Virus record (IMG/VR): IMGVR_UViG_3300008262_000171
From: an uncultured virus (IMG/VR IMGVR_UViG_3300008262_000171)
Taxonomy: Duplodnaviria > Heunggongvirae > Uroviricota > Caudoviricetes
DNA length: 64,000 nt
Direction: 5' to 3' (one strand)
Part shown: piece by piece, positions 20,824 through 33,200 of the stretch
Layout of the letters: every line of letters begins with the position of its first letter
How positions within the stretch are numbered: position 1 is the stretch's first letter
Position numbers and translations under genes: made by a program
The notes under the pieces: model-generated
Told to the model about the DNA's origin: nothing
Seen by the model: only the letters and a program-made list of their open reading frames with translations
Databases searched by the model: none

Positions 20824-23800
20824 ATGGCAAGAAAGGCAATACTGGAAACCGCATATACATTTGTTCCTATCAGTAGAAGAATAACTATTCCTCGTGCTAT
20901 TCTTCGTGAAAGATTGATTCTGATTACAAATGTCACGACCAATACAGTAATTTATAATTTTTCAGATTCTAATTTGGGGGCAACTGCTTATTCAGTAAAC
21001 TCATCTAACTATGCACAGGGAGTTACTCAGGATGCGGATAGTAAAGTTGTAACTGGAGCAAGAGATACAACTACGATTGATTTAGTTTATAATACAACAT
21101 CGATGAGTGCCAATGATAAACTTCAAATTATCGTAGATGAATATGATGAGAAATTTACTCCTTCAGAGACTTTTACGGATCCAGTATCAAAAATGAGGGT
21201 ATCAACTCCTCAAACATTGATTGATACTGACTTTGAGTATTCTGTGCAACCATCAAAGTGGGAATCCTTGGCACTTGTACAAAATTATCCATCTTTTTAT
21301 GCAAAGGGGAGTGGTGGAGTAGCACTTGATATTGTTTCAATTGTTGGTAATAATGCCACAAAATCTTTAATGACTGTAACTACTTCTACTAATCATGGAT
21401 TAGTAGTGGGAGACGTTGTGTCTGTACAAGATTCTTTGAATGAACGTGCAGATGGAACATATTTGATTACTGCTTCAGCTAACGCAACAGAATTTAATTA
21501 TTATGCAAAAGGTCAAGTAAATGGATCTGTTTTAGATACTGGTTATACTGTAGTTGCAGCTGGTGGTATATTTCCTGGAGCAAGAATTCCACTTGCGGTT
21601 TCTGCTTCTGCTATGACTTATAATGGGACTGATATTACAGTCACTACTGCAGCAGCCCATGGTTTATACCCCGGCACACCAATTATGATTTCTGGAGTAA
21701 CTGCAACAACTAACGCACCAAATGGATCATGGGTTATCAAAACTGTAGAATCACCAACAACATTTGTATTTCCAGTTAATGTTGCTCCAACGGGGTCTCT
21801 TGCATCAGGTACAAATTTTGCAAACGCCTTATTATATACTGCACCAGAAGGATATCAACAGCATAGAGCAACAGATGGTGGAGTATTAATAACCACTGGC
21901 AATAATGTAACTGGAGTTCAACAAATTCGTCAGACCAGAAGATATTTTCGTTATCAGTCTGGTAAGGCAATGCAATTTTCTACTGGGGCAAAATTTACTC
22001 CAACCTATGATATTGCTGCGATATCTGCATCTGGAAATACTATCACATTAACAACTATACAACCACATAATGTTCAAGTCGGAGTTACTGTTTTAATCGA
22101 AGGTATTGAATCTTCTAATGGATCTACGGATAGCAATTTATATAATGGAAGTTTTACCGTACAAACCGTCACTGGTGAAAAAACATTTACCTATACCGCA
22201 TCTGGAGTACCAACAGATACATCTCCTGGTGGAGTAAATGCTTTAGTTACTGTTACTGCATGGAGGGGTGCATCTGTTAGAACTGGTTTATTTGATGAAC
22301 AGAATGGATTCTTTTTTGAATTTGATGGAGCAACTTTATACGCTTGTAGAAGAGATTCTGTTAAAGAATTATTTGGTCTTCTCACAGTAACTCAAAATAG
22401 TGGATCTGTTACAGGAACTAATACAAAATTTAGAGAGCAATTAGTTGTTGGGGAAAAAATTATTATTAAAGGTCAATCTTATGAAATAGCACAAATTACA
22501 GATGATGTTACACTTAGAATCAACCCAGCATACATCGGTCCTAATCCATCAAGACCTGTAAAATATTTAAAAACACAAAATTATCGTGTACCACAAAACC
22601 AGTGGAACATGGATAAGATGGATGGATCTGGACCAAGTGGGTATAATCTGCAAATTTCCAAGATGCAGATGGCATACATTGATTATACCTGGTATGGAGC
22701 TGGTTTTATTCGTTTTGGATTTCGTGCTGTAAATGGGGATATTATTTACTGCCATAAGATGCCAAATAATAACGTAAATACTGCTGCGTATATGCGTTCT
22801 GGAAATATTCCTGGTAGATTTGAAGCAATCAATCAAGGACCTTTTAGTAGATTAGTTTCTGGTAGCGGTGCATCTAGAGGATCTGCTTTAAATTCCAATG
22901 ATACAACATTGTTCATTGACAACGCTTTGAATTGGCCCACAGCTGGATTTGTAATGATTCAGGACTCTACCAATTCTGAACTTGTTCAATATACTGGAAT
23001 TGGTGCATATAATGCTAGTGTCCGTGGTTACCCACTTACTGGACTAACTAGAAGGACTAGTTATAGTGTTGCTGGTATTTCCACACAAGGTAATTTTAGT
23101 TCATCCGCATATACACTTTCTGGAGGAACAGCAAACTATACGTTTACTCCAGATCCTGGTGTGCAATCATCTGCTTCGGGAACAGCACAAGTTAATGTTC
23201 AATATTTGCATTGTACATGTGCTCCAGTTGTTAGTCATTGGGGTGTTTCGGTTATTATGGATGGTAGATATGATGATGATAAGGCGATCTTATTCACTGC
23301 TGGTATGAATAGATATTTGAGAGTTGATGCTGGTACTACTAAACCACTTCTAGCAATTCGTATCGCACCTTCTGTTGATTTTGGTGTCGGAAAGAATTTT
23401 GGTGTTAGAGAAATTGTAAATAGAATGCAATTAACATTATCTGGTATGGGAGTTTATTCTCAAGGACAGTTTCTTATACAGGGAATTTTGAATCCTCAAA
23501 CCATGACTGGTGGTGATTTAACATTACCTTCAGATTGGCAAACGGTTCCTGTTGGTTCGGGTTCTCTTGCTCAAGTAGTTTATTTCAATGGCACTCAATC
23601 GTATGCAGCTACTGCGGTAAATGCCACCGGTGCATTTACCGGTGGAGATAGAATTTTTGGTTTCTATACAGAAAACTCCGGTGGTAGCAACTTTTCGGCA
23701 ACTTCATTTAACCTAGAAAAAGTTCGTGATCTTGGAACTTCAATTCTTAGTGGTAATGGTGACGTAGGATCAGTAAATCCTGGTTATCCAGTTGGACCAG

Positions 23801-23889
23801 ATATTCTTCTTATTGCGGCCACTAACTTGGAACCTAATGGTAGTAAGAACCTTGCATGTAGAATTTCCTGGACGGAGGCACAGGCATAA
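20824..23889 (+). CDS. Large virion structural protein
   Basis: 1021 aa; repeated VTT...HGL..G..V beta modules; TAAATA late promoter just upstream. Confidence 0.8.
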   Translation: MARKAILETAYTFVPISRRITIPRAILRERLILITNVTTNTVIYNFSDSNLGATAYSVNSSNYAQGVTQDADSKVVTGARDTTTIDLVYNTTSMSANDKLQIIVDEYDEKFTPSETFTDPVSKMRVSTPQTLIDTDFEYSVQPSKWESLALVQNYPSFYAKGSGGVALDIVSIVGNNATKSLMTVTTSTNHGLVVGDVVSVQDSLNERADGTYLITASANATEFNYYAKGQVNGSVLDTGYTVVAAGGIFPGARIPLAVSASAMTYNGTDITVTTAAAHGLYPGTPIMISGVTATTNAPNGSWVIKTVESPTTFVFPVNVAPTGSLASGTNFANALLYTAPEGYQQHRATDGGVLITTGNNVTGVQQIRQTRRYFRYQSGKAMQFSTGAKFTPTYDIAAISASGNTITLTTIQPHNVQVGVTVLIEGIESSNGSTDSNLYNGSFTVQTVTGEKTFTYTASGVPTDTSPGGVNALVTVTAWRGASVRTGLFDEQNGFFFEFDGATLYACRRDSVKELFGLLTVTQNSGSVTGTNTKFREQLVVGEKIIIKGQSYEIAQITDDVTLRINPAYIGPNPSRPVKYLKTQNYRVPQNQWNMDKMDGSGPSGYNLQISKMQMAYIDYTWYGAGFIRFGFRAVNGDIIYCHKMPNNNVNTAAYMRSGNIPGRFEAINQGPFSRLVSGSGASRGSALNSNDTTLFIDNALNWPTAGFVMIQDSTNSELVQYTGIGAYNASVRGYPLTGLTRRTSYSVAGISTQGNFSSSAYTLSGGTANYTFTPDPGVQSSASGTAQVNVQYLHCTCAPVVSHWGVSVIMDGRYDDDKAILFTAGMNRYLRVDAGTTKPLLAIRIAPSVDFGVGKNFGVREIVNRMQLTLSGMGVYSQGQFLIQGILNPQTMTGGDLTLPSDWQTVPVGSGSLAQVVYFNGTQSYAATAVNATGAFTGGDRIFGFYTENSGGSNFSATSFNLEKVRDLGTSILSGNGDVGSVNPGYPVGPDILLIAATNLEPNGSKNLACRISWTEAQA

Positions 23890-23892
23890 AAA

Positions 23893-24636
23893 ATGGCAAA
23901 ACTTAAATCTGGAACAAGAATTTATGGGTCTGCTACTGTTGATGCAGGACTTACCATAGCATCTATAAATGCTTCTGGAATTATTACTGCTTCTTCTTAC
24001 AGAGGAGATGGTTCTCAATTAACGGGTATATCTGGCGGTGGCGGTTCTCTCACAGTGCAAGAAGAAGGATCTTCTTTAGGGACTGCTACCGTGCTTAATT
24101 TTATAGGATCGGGTGTAACGGCAACTCTTGCTGGAGGTACGGCAAATATTTCTATAAGTGCTACCGGTGGTGGCGGTGGAGGATCTGTTACAATTTCTGA
24201 TGATACAACCACAAATGCATCTCGTTTCATAGCATTTCAAGATACTACTTCAGGAACTGCCTCTTCTTTATATGTTTCATCAACAAAACTTACATTTAAT
24301 CCATCAACCGGAAATCTTGTCGCGGCAGGAACTGTAACTGCAAACTCTGATGAAAAATTAAAAACTAATATTGAAACAATTTCAGATGCTCTTGGAAAAG
24401 TTTTATCTTTACGTGGTGTTGAATATGATCGTATTGATAATGGGGAGCATCAAATCGGTGTTATTGCACAAGAAGTAGAAAAAGTAATACCAGATATTGT
24501 TTATCCTAAAGGACCAGCACCTGACTACGAAGTAAAATCAGTTGCTTATGGTAACCTAGTTGCACTTTTAATCGAAGCTATTAAAGAACAAAATTTAAGA
24601 ATAGATGAGTTAGAGAAAAAATTGAAGGAGATCTGA
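23893..24636 (+). CDS. Short fibre protein with C-terminal S74 chaperone
   Basis: NSDEKLKTNI...LRGVEY...IGVIAQEVEKVIPDIV...VAYGNLVALLIEAIKE. Confidence 0.85.
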   Translation: MAKLKSGTRIYGSATVDAGLTIASINASGIITASSYRGDGSQLTGISGGGGSLTVQEEGSSLGTATVLNFIGSGVTATLAGGTANISISATGGGGGGSVTISDDTTTNASRFIAFQDTTSGTASSLYVSSTKLTFNPSTGNLVAAGTVTANSDEKLKTNIETISDALGKVLSLRGVEYDRIDNGEHQIGVIAQEVEKVIPDIVYPKGPAPDYEVKSVAYGNLVALLIEAIKEQNLRIDELEKKLKEI

Positions 24637-24637
24637 A

Positions 24638-27436
24638 ATGGCAGTCGAAATAAAATCAGATCAGATTACGGGAATTACGACAGCAACTTCATCAACTGAT
24701 GCTGTCTATAAACAATATGTTGATGACAGAGCAACTGTAATTCCTGGGGTAATATCAAATGAAAATGAGTCTTTATTTACAAATGGTAGTGTAGTTTCTT
24801 GGGAACCACTTTCTGGTTATGTGGAATATGATGCCGCAGGAACTTACAATTTTACTATACCATCAAATGCGGAACTCGTAACAATTTCGGCTACTGGTGC
24901 TGGGGGTGGCGGTGCCAGTGGCAGTTCTAATCCAAGTAATTATAAGATTGGTTCTGTCTGGTCTTTTAGGACTTCTGGTGCGGGCAGTACAATTTGGGAA
25001 TTTTTGTACATTCAAAATGGTGGAATTTATATGTTTGCTGGGAGTACAAGAATGTTGCGTGTGTCAACAAATGGTATTCAATGGATAGCAAGAACCGTAG
25101 GTAATTCTCTTTTAGGTAATGCTGTTGGTCTTGCATCTATACCAACAATTGCACAAAAATATATTATTGGTGGCGTTGGCGGCAATGGAATCCTTTCAAG
25201 TTCAACTGACACAATTAATTGGACTGCAAGAACAGTTGGATTAATTTCTACTACTATATTTTCTGCCACAGAATTTGGTACACCATCTCCAAATTTATAT
25301 GTCATATCTGGTTCTGCTGGTGCTGTTTCTGTCTCTACTGATGCGATTCATTGGAGATCCAGAACTAGTGGTATATCTGGTGCTCAGAATATCCTTAGGA
25401 TTAGATATTATCCAAGTGAATTTGCAACAGGTCTTATTTTAATAGCAAATCTTGGTCAAGTTGCAACATCTACAGATAGTATTAATTGGACTAATAATAT
25501 TCTTTCTGGATCACCATCATTGTATGATGTTGCATATGGAAATGGAATATACGTAGTTGTCGGGTCTAATGGGTTACATACTTCAACTAATTCTGTAATA
25601 TGGTCTCTAAGAACTATTGGAACAGCAGTAGTTCTTAGTGGTGTTGATTTTGGAGAAAATATATTTGCTGCGACTACTGCTGATTCAAGCTATAGTCGAG
25701 TGAGAACTTCAACTGATGGTATTGTTTGGTTTCAAAGAGGTATTGTTGGAACCAATAGTAGTGCTGGTAGTATTAGATACTTAAATGGAAGTTTTTTTGC
25801 TAATACAGGGCAATTGATTGGTTACTCACCATCATATACATTGATTTCTGGATTTGCTGGCGGAGGTGGAGGAGGTGGAGCAACTGCCACCTGGAAAATT
25901 CCAAGTAGTTTTATTCAAACTGATTTAACAGTAACGGTTGGATCTGGTGGCACTGCTGCAACAGATGGTGGTAATACTACAGTTTCTTGGAATGGTGATA
26001 CTAGTATTTTAACATTAAATGGTGGAAAAGGTGGATCTACCAACGGTGATTTGCTCGGAGGTGCGGGAGGTATTGAACCTTCCGCAAATACTGGTTATTT
26101 ATATGCAGCCCCAGGAGGTGGAGGAGGACCAGGATTAATACCCATACCAGGAACAACTCTTGGAGAACTATTTAATAATACAGAATGGACTGCCCCATCA
26201 TCTTTAGATCATTATCAATCAATGTCTACAGGAGGTGGTGGTGGATATGCATCTCCCCCAATTGTGTTACCTCTAAGTTCTACTATTGATGAATTTAGAT
26301 TTTTTGGTTGTACTGGTGGAGTATCATCTCTTTATGGCAGTAACATTAATACTGCTTCTCGAAATTACACTAATGCTAATTCTCCTATAGTTAATGGTTA
26401 TCCTGTTTCTTCTGGGGCAAATGGTGGCGGGGCTACTCTTATTGATGCATCTTATTGGATTCTCAGAACAGTTGGACTTCGATCAACCTCAGTAAGTAAA
26501 ATGAGATATTTAAATGATAATTATTTTATTTGTACACAGAATGGAATGCTACATAGTTCCACTAATGGAATATCGTGGACTCTTTTACCTTTACCACTTT
26601 CTAACATAAGCACTAGTAATTTAATCCACGATATTGCTTATGGAAATGGTATATATGTTATATCTGCTGGTACATCCCAAACTGGAATACTAGCATCTAC
26701 AGATTTAATTACTTGGGAAAGAAGGACAGTTGGTACAGCAGACAGTCGCATTGCAGTTACTATCAAATATGGTAATAATGAATTCATATATGGGGGAGGA
26801 TCACCGTTTATTTTAAATCACTCTACGGATAGTATACATTGGACTTTTAGAACAACATCTAATTTTGTTGGTTCTCTTAAAGAGATATTATATCATAATT
26901 CAAATTATTATGTTATTGGTGCAAATGGAGTATTAATTGTTTCAACAAATACAATACATTGGACACTAAGAACGGTTGGAACACTAAATACTCTCGAAGA
27001 CATTAATATTGGTAACGGAATTTTTAATATTGGGACCACTGTTGGACAACAACTCTTTAGTTCTACGAATGGAATTGAATGGAGGTTAAGAACCACTACC
27101 ATTACTTCTGGACCTATTAGATATACTTTTGGAAATATTACTCATTTAATCGGAGGTGGGGGTGGGTTTTTATGTATTTCAACAGATACAATTCATTGGA
27201 TACGAAGGACGTCTGGAACTGTTAATTCATGTAGTTCTTTGTTATTCTCTCAAGATCTTTTTCTAAGTGCAAATTCAAATGTATTATTAACATCACCAAA
27301 AAGGGGACTTGTTGGTGATGGTGGAGATGGAAAACGTGGTTCTGGTGGAGGAGGGGGTGGTTATAATGGTGGTTCTACTCTTTTTGGTATTGGTGGAAAA
27401 GGTGGTGATGGATATGTTCGTATCAGTTGGGTATAA
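24638..27436 (+). CDS. Gly-rich virion protein with STDxIxWTxRT (BNR/Asp-box-like) repeats, paralog 1
   Basis: GAGGGG motif, repeated S-T-[DN]-x-I-x-W-x-x-R-T, C-terminal GGKGGDGYVRISW. Confidence 0.8.
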   Translation: MAVEIKSDQITGITTATSSTDAVYKQYVDDRATVIPGVISNENESLFTNGSVVSWEPLSGYVEYDAAGTYNFTIPSNAELVTISATGAGGGGASGSSNPSNYKIGSVWSFRTSGAGSTIWEFLYIQNGGIYMFAGSTRMLRVSTNGIQWIARTVGNSLLGNAVGLASIPTIAQKYIIGGVGGNGILSSSTDTINWTARTVGLISTTIFSATEFGTPSPNLYVISGSAGAVSVSTDAIHWRSRTSGISGAQNILRIRYYPSEFATGLILIANLGQVATSTDSINWTNNILSGSPSLYDVAYGNGIYVVVGSNGLHTSTNSVIWSLRTIGTAVVLSGVDFGENIFAATTADSSYSRVRTSTDGIVWFQRGIVGTNSSAGSIRYLNGSFFANTGQLIGYSPSYTLISGFAGGGGGGGATATWKIPSSFIQTDLTVTVGSGGTAATDGGNTTVSWNGDTSILTLNGGKGGSTNGDLLGGAGGIEPSANTGYLYAAPGGGGGPGLIPIPGTTLGELFNNTEWTAPSSLDHYQSMSTGGGGGYASPPIVLPLSSTIDEFRFFGCTGGVSSLYGSNINTASRNYTNANSPIVNGYPVSSGANGGGATLIDASYWILRTVGLRSTSVSKMRYLNDNYFICTQNGMLHSSTNGISWTLLPLPLSNISTSNLIHDIAYGNGIYVISAGTSQTGILASTDLITWERRTVGTADSRIAVTIKYGNNEFIYGGGSPFILNHSTDSIHWTFRTTSNFVGSLKEILYHNSNYYVIGANGVLIVSTNTIHWTLRTVGTLNTLEDINIGNGIFNIGTTVGQQLFSSTNGIEWRLRTTTITSGPIRYTFGNITHLIGGGGGFLCISTDTIHWIRRTSGTVNSCSSLLFSQDLFLSANSNVLLTSPKRGLVGDGGDGKRGSGGGGGGYNGGSTLFGIGGKGGDGYVRISWV

Positions 27437-27452
27437 GGAGGAAAAGTAAAAA

Positions 27453-30272
27453 ATGACAACAGCAGGATCTAATTTTATTTCTGGAATTACAACTACAATT
27501 TTTGATACCTATGATGTTTTAAATAAGCAATATGTTGATGCTAACCTAACGGGTGGAGTAAGTTTACCCACACAAACTGGAAATTCTGGAAAATTTCTTG
27601 TTAGCACTGATGGAGTATCAACATCATGGGAAGAACTTTCTGGTACTGCAGAATTTGGATCTCCTGTACCACCACCCGCAGCCGTAGGTTTTCCAAAACC
27701 AAAAAATGCAAACTTATTTTATTTTGAACTTTATGGTGCTGGTGGAGGCGGTGGTGCTGGGCAAAATCTAGATGAATCAACTTTTACTTGGTATTTAAGA
27801 ACAACCACTACATCTGGATCTTCTGCTGACAAATATTCTATTGTGAAAGATGAAAATAATATCCTAACAGCAGCTCTTGGATTTCCTGCGTATGTAGTAC
27901 AATCAACTGATGGTATTATTTGGAATCGAAGAACACAACTTACTGGTGGAGTTAATCATTCAGTTCGTCATTTAAGATATTTTAATGGTCTTTATTTATT
28001 GAGCTCCAAAGCTACATCTCTTCCTTATACTCAAACTTCTACTAATGGAATTGTATGGACACTAAGAACTATTCCAACGTCAGATGGTGCTCTTGAGTTT
28101 GCTTTTGGAAATGTTGGTGGAACTAATTATTATCTAGCCCATGTTAGCACTGCAACTACCAGTGGAGTAGCTGTATCAACAAATGCAATTCAATGGACTT
28201 TAAGAACTGCAGGTAATCAAAATACTATTAGTAAAACATATTATGCCAATAATACATTTTTCATTGTAGGGAATTCAAAACTCATAAGTGCATCAACAGA
28301 TACCATACACTGGTCATCTAGAACGGGAGCCATTAGTTTTGGAAATTACTCCGATATTAATTATCTTGAGGGCCCGAATTTATACTTTGCTCTTACTGGA
28401 GGTGGAGGTCCCGTTGAGACCGATGTATCTACAGATTCGATTCATTGGACTTTAAGAACCAGTTCTGCTCAATTTTTGAATACTTCTTTTTATAATGGAA
28501 AATATATTGGTATCGCAGGTGCGAATGGTGTTATATCTTGTTCAACTGACAGTATTGTTTGGACTAGAAGAACTAGTAGAACAGCTGAGAATATTTCTGA
28601 TTCTGTAATAGTTAATGGTAATGTATATCTTGCATCTGCGACAACTGTTCTTGTATCTTATGGTTTACTTTCTGGATTGGGTGGTGCTAGTGGTGCATAT
28701 ACTTCTTGGTATGTTCCCGCGGGACTTATAACTTCAGAAAATATATTTGTTCAAGTTGGTGCAGGTGGAACTGGGGCTTCATTTAATACTATTGTTGGTA
28801 GTAACGGAGGATCAACAATTGTTTCCTGGACTGGTCCAGGTAATATTAATTGTCAAATTTCTGCGAAAGGGACTGTTCAATCGAATTTCAATTATCCATC
28901 TGTTTCTGCGGGTGCTTCTTTAAGTAGTCTACTTGAAGGAAATTTTGTTTTTTTAAACCAATCAGGACTTAGTGCAAGTGTTCAATTTAATAGTCATGGT
29001 GTTGGTAATACCGCAACAACCCAATCATTAAGATTTCAACCCACTCCTGGTGGAAATGGTGCTGCAGGTACATCTTTCTCTGGAGGTGCTGGAGGATCTA
29101 TTAATATGTACGGTATGACAACATCATCATCTGGTGGAACACCTTTGCAAAATAATCCAGATATCATATATGCTTATCCAGGTATTCCTTATGGTCCAGG
29201 TGGAGGTGGAGGTGGAGTCTCATATGATACACATACTTGGTCTTGGACTTTAAGAACTTCTGGTTTTGGTTCTAATGATACAATGTTGACTATTAAATAT
29301 TTTGATTTTAGTAACATTTATTTAGTTGGTGGTAAATATATAGCGTCTTCAACAAACACAATTACTTGGATTTTGAGAACAGTGCCTTCTGCGGCAGTTA
29401 AAACAGAAGGTATAACTTTTGGTCAAGGTAAATATGTTGCAGTAGGATCTTTTGTTCCAAGTGCCATTGGTGGATATATACTAACTTCAACAGACACAAT
29501 TACTTGGACATACAGAACTGGGGCTCTTGGAGCATTAAATAGTATTGATTATAACTCTGCACTCAATACTTTTATTGCCACTGGTCTTTCAGCAACAACA
29601 ACCTCAACAGATACAATTCATTGGACTCTTAGAACATCTGGTGGTGGTGAATCTTCTGTTATTTCTCTTGGTACTGGTGCATTTACTGATGGTGCTAGAT
29701 ATATGATTGCAGGCGCAAATGGGGGACTACGAGCGTCTACAAATCTTATTCAATGGTCATTAAGAACTATTGGAACTTTTTCTACAGCAATATACACAGT
29801 TTATTATACTAATATTATTTCTACTGTAAGCAATACTACTAGTAATCTTTTGTTTATTGGTGGCAATGCCGGTAGAGTTTCGGTTTCCACTAATTCAATT
29901 TGGTGGGAACTTAGAACAACTCCTGGATTAACTGGTGATGTTCGTGCAATTTCATATGGAAATTCATTATTTATTATAGGTGATAGTGATGGTAGAATAA
30001 TCACTTCAACGAATAGTATTGTGTGGACATTGAGGACATCTAATACTTCAACTGGAATTTATGGACTTACATATGGATATAAATTTAATGATGTTGTGTA
30101 TGCTTCTGATTCTGGAGGAGGTTTTCCCTCTATCGGTCAATTAAAACTTTCAGCAGGAAGAGGTGCTGATGGTATTCGAGGTGGTGGTGGAGGAGGTGGC
30201 GCTGCTAATCGAGAGACAGTTGGTATTGGTGGGAAAGGTGGTGATGGATATGTAAAAATTACCTGGTGGTAA
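27453..30272 (+). CDS. Gly-rich WTxRT-repeat virion protein, paralog 2
   Basis: Same architecture; ends GGKGGDGYVKITWW. Confidence 0.8.
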   Translation: MTTAGSNFISGITTTIFDTYDVLNKQYVDANLTGGVSLPTQTGNSGKFLVSTDGVSTSWEELSGTAEFGSPVPPPAAVGFPKPKNANLFYFELYGAGGGGGAGQNLDESTFTWYLRTTTTSGSSADKYSIVKDENNILTAALGFPAYVVQSTDGIIWNRRTQLTGGVNHSVRHLRYFNGLYLLSSKATSLPYTQTSTNGIVWTLRTIPTSDGALEFAFGNVGGTNYYLAHVSTATTSGVAVSTNAIQWTLRTAGNQNTISKTYYANNTFFIVGNSKLISASTDTIHWSSRTGAISFGNYSDINYLEGPNLYFALTGGGGPVETDVSTDSIHWTLRTSSAQFLNTSFYNGKYIGIAGANGVISCSTDSIVWTRRTSRTAENISDSVIVNGNVYLASATTVLVSYGLLSGLGGASGAYTSWYVPAGLITSENIFVQVGAGGTGASFNTIVGSNGGSTIVSWTGPGNINCQISAKGTVQSNFNYPSVSAGASLSSLLEGNFVFLNQSGLSASVQFNSHGVGNTATTQSLRFQPTPGGNGAAGTSFSGGAGGSINMYGMTTSSSGGTPLQNNPDIIYAYPGIPYGPGGGGGGVSYDTHTWSWTLRTSGFGSNDTMLTIKYFDFSNIYLVGGKYIASSTNTITWILRTVPSAAVKTEGITFGQGKYVAVGSFVPSAIGGYILTSTDTITWTYRTGALGALNSIDYNSALNTFIATGLSATTTSTDTIHWTLRTSGGGESSVISLGTGAFTDGARYMIAGANGGLRASTNLIQWSLRTIGTFSTAIYTVYYTNIISTVSNTTSNLLFIGGNAGRVSVSTNSIWWELRTTPGLTGDVRAISYGNSLFIIGDSDGRIITSTNSIVWTLRTSNTSTGIYGLTYGYKFNDVVYASDSGGGFPSIGQLKLSAGRGADGIRGGGGGGGAANRETVGIGGKGGDGYVKITWW

Positions 30273-30298
30273 TAAATATTTTATATGGATAAACATAA

Positions 30299-33200
30299 AT
30301 GGCTAGACTAGATTCTAATAAAGTCACAGAAGTATATGTAGTAGATAATCCAGATGATGCTGTCAATAAAGCATATTTGGATAATAACTCTTATCCGAAT
30401 CCCAGTGGTTCAGAATTGGTTTTATCCGTCACAAATTATGATGGAGAACAATGGATAATAAGAACGATTCCTCCACGTTTTACAGATGTTGCAAATATTG
30501 CATCTACCAATGATTATTTTATCACTGGATATTTGCAACAGGATTTGGGTGTATACTCTCTTTCTGGATTATTATTAGCTTCTACTGATGCAATTACTTG
30601 GTCTATACGCACCTTACCTTTTCCATCTGATCCAGTCCCAGGATATCCTGGTGTTGACCCCACAATAGTTCAAGGTGTTTACGTCGTTGGAGCTGGTGGT
30701 GGAGTATATGTTGCAACTGGTAGATATACCGTTAGTGGTGGAAATTTTGCAGTAACTTCAACAGATACAATTCATTGGACTTTAAGAACTTTACAACCTC
30801 CACCTAGTATAAATTACTATTATTATGATTACTCATATCTTAATGGATCTCACCATTTATTTGGACCACTAAATGCGTATGTAACATCTACCAATGGAAT
30901 TTTTTGGCAATCTAGATCAAGTGCTGCTTTCTCAGCAAATTCTACTATTAGAAGTATTAATTATGTAAATAGCCTTTATATAATGACAACAGAAGAAAAT
31001 GATATTGGTAATGTTGGTAGAGTTTCAGTTTCCACTAATTCAATTCATTGGGAACTTAGAACTATTCCAACAGATTATATCTATTATGACCAAACGTATG
31101 TCGATAATTTATACTTACTTGTCGGTACTATTGGTTCTGTTATAGTATCAACTGACACAATTAATTGGGTAATGAGAACTGGTGGTATACCTAGTTCTAG
31201 TAGTTTTGTTGACGTTGTTAGTGCTAACAATCAGGCTTTTGCTCTATCGAGTTTTAATACAACATCTGTACATAGTTCAACAGATACAATTCATTGGGGT
31301 TTGAAAACAACTATTAATATAGGAACTTTTACTTATTTTTCTGATTTACATTATTCAAATAGTAAAAACATTCTACTTTTAAATGGTAGTAGTACACCTT
31401 TACAAACCGGAAAAATTGTAACTTCTAATATAGCTTCTAAAAAATGGGTTCCTAAAAAAGGAACTACGGAAAGTGCAAGAGGTTCAGTGCTTTATGATAT
31501 ACCTGGTTCATATACATTTAATATTCCACGATCAGCTTCTACTTTGTATATTGAAGCAATGGGTGCAGGAGGTGGTGGTGCATCTGCATCAGTTGGGGCT
31601 TCTTTCTTTGGATCTTATGCTGGTGCTGGCGGCGGTTCGGGTGCTTATGAATCTTATATTATAGATCGTGATTTATATGGATTGGATTGGTTAAATCTAA
31701 CTGTTGGATCTGGTGGTGTGGGTGGCAATAATCGAGGTGTATCCATCAGCACAGATGGTATCATTTGGACTCAAGGAAGATCTGGTCTTGCGACTAATAG
31801 TGCAACACTTTCTGCCATTTCATATAGTTCTAATATGAAATTTATCATTGGTGGACCCTTTGGTCCAATTACATCCACAAATGGTATTAATTGGTCCTTA
31901 AGAACTTTAGCAGGTAATGAAGTCAGTAAGGTTTTTAATTCAAAATTGAGTTCAATATCTATGCTAAGTACGTCATTTCTAAATAGACATCTTGCTACCT
32001 CCACAAATGGAATTCAATGGTCTTTAAGAACTCTTGGATCAAATGTTTCTGGCAATGTTACTTCTATATCTGAGGGTACAAATACAACAGGAACAGTATA
32101 TCTGGTCGCTACTACTTCTGGTGGATATGTTACTTCGACGAACACAATTCACTGGACTAATAGAACTGTAGGTGCATCTATCGGTGTTAATAGTACATTT
32201 CTTGCTTTTAAAGATTCTCTCTTTATTTTAGGAAATTCAAGTCTTATACGATCTTCAACTGATGCAATTCACTGGACTGCAAGAACATCCGGAACTATTA
32301 ATACTATTAATAATATTACCGCCAGTTCTTTTACATCTGCATTTAAATATTTTGCATCTTTTACACAAACTACTAATCAATTCATAGTTTCTACAGATGG
32401 AATTCAATGGTCTTTAAGAACTGTTCCTGGATTTACTGGCGTTACTAATATTGTAAATTCTATTAGTTCAAATCTTTATATTGCAGGAAATAGTCTAGGG
32501 CAATTGGCTACTTCAACAGATACAATTCACTGGTCTAATAGAACTGCATTATTTGCAACTAAATCAATTACATCAATTGATTCGGATGGAACCACAATTG
32601 CAGCTGTTGGTGGTATCAATGGCAATGGTGGATCTGGTGGTAATACCTCGATAAATTTTGTATATAAGCATTCTCAATTAGGAACAACCACTGCATCAAT
32701 TATTATAACATCTGGATCTGGTGGTGTTGCGGCAGCTGGCGGAGGAGGAGCTGGAGCAATCATTACTCCTACAGGAAAAAAAGGATTTTTAATTTCAAGA
32801 AGTGGTCAAGGTGGAGTTAGTCCAAGTTCTAGTGCCGGTGCTGGTAGTAATATTGCTGGTACATTTTCTTATATATCAACTGGTGGTGCGGGTGGTGGAT
32901 GGGGATCTGCTAGAGGTGGATCTGCTGGTATAATAGCATATAATGATCAAACTAGTCGTGTTAGTCTTGGTGGAACTGCTGATCTATCTATAAATCAAAA
33001 AGCGCAGTTATCCCAAACATTAAATGCACCATCAGCGATCTCATTATCATCTGTAATGTATATTGGTAGTGGAGGAGGTGGCGGCGGAGCAGAGTCTAGA
33101 GGACCTCATACTTGGCATACAAGAACGTTAAGTTTCAATAGTCATGGTTCTATTGAGATATCTAATACTTCGGGAAGATACTTTGTTGGTAGTATTAATG

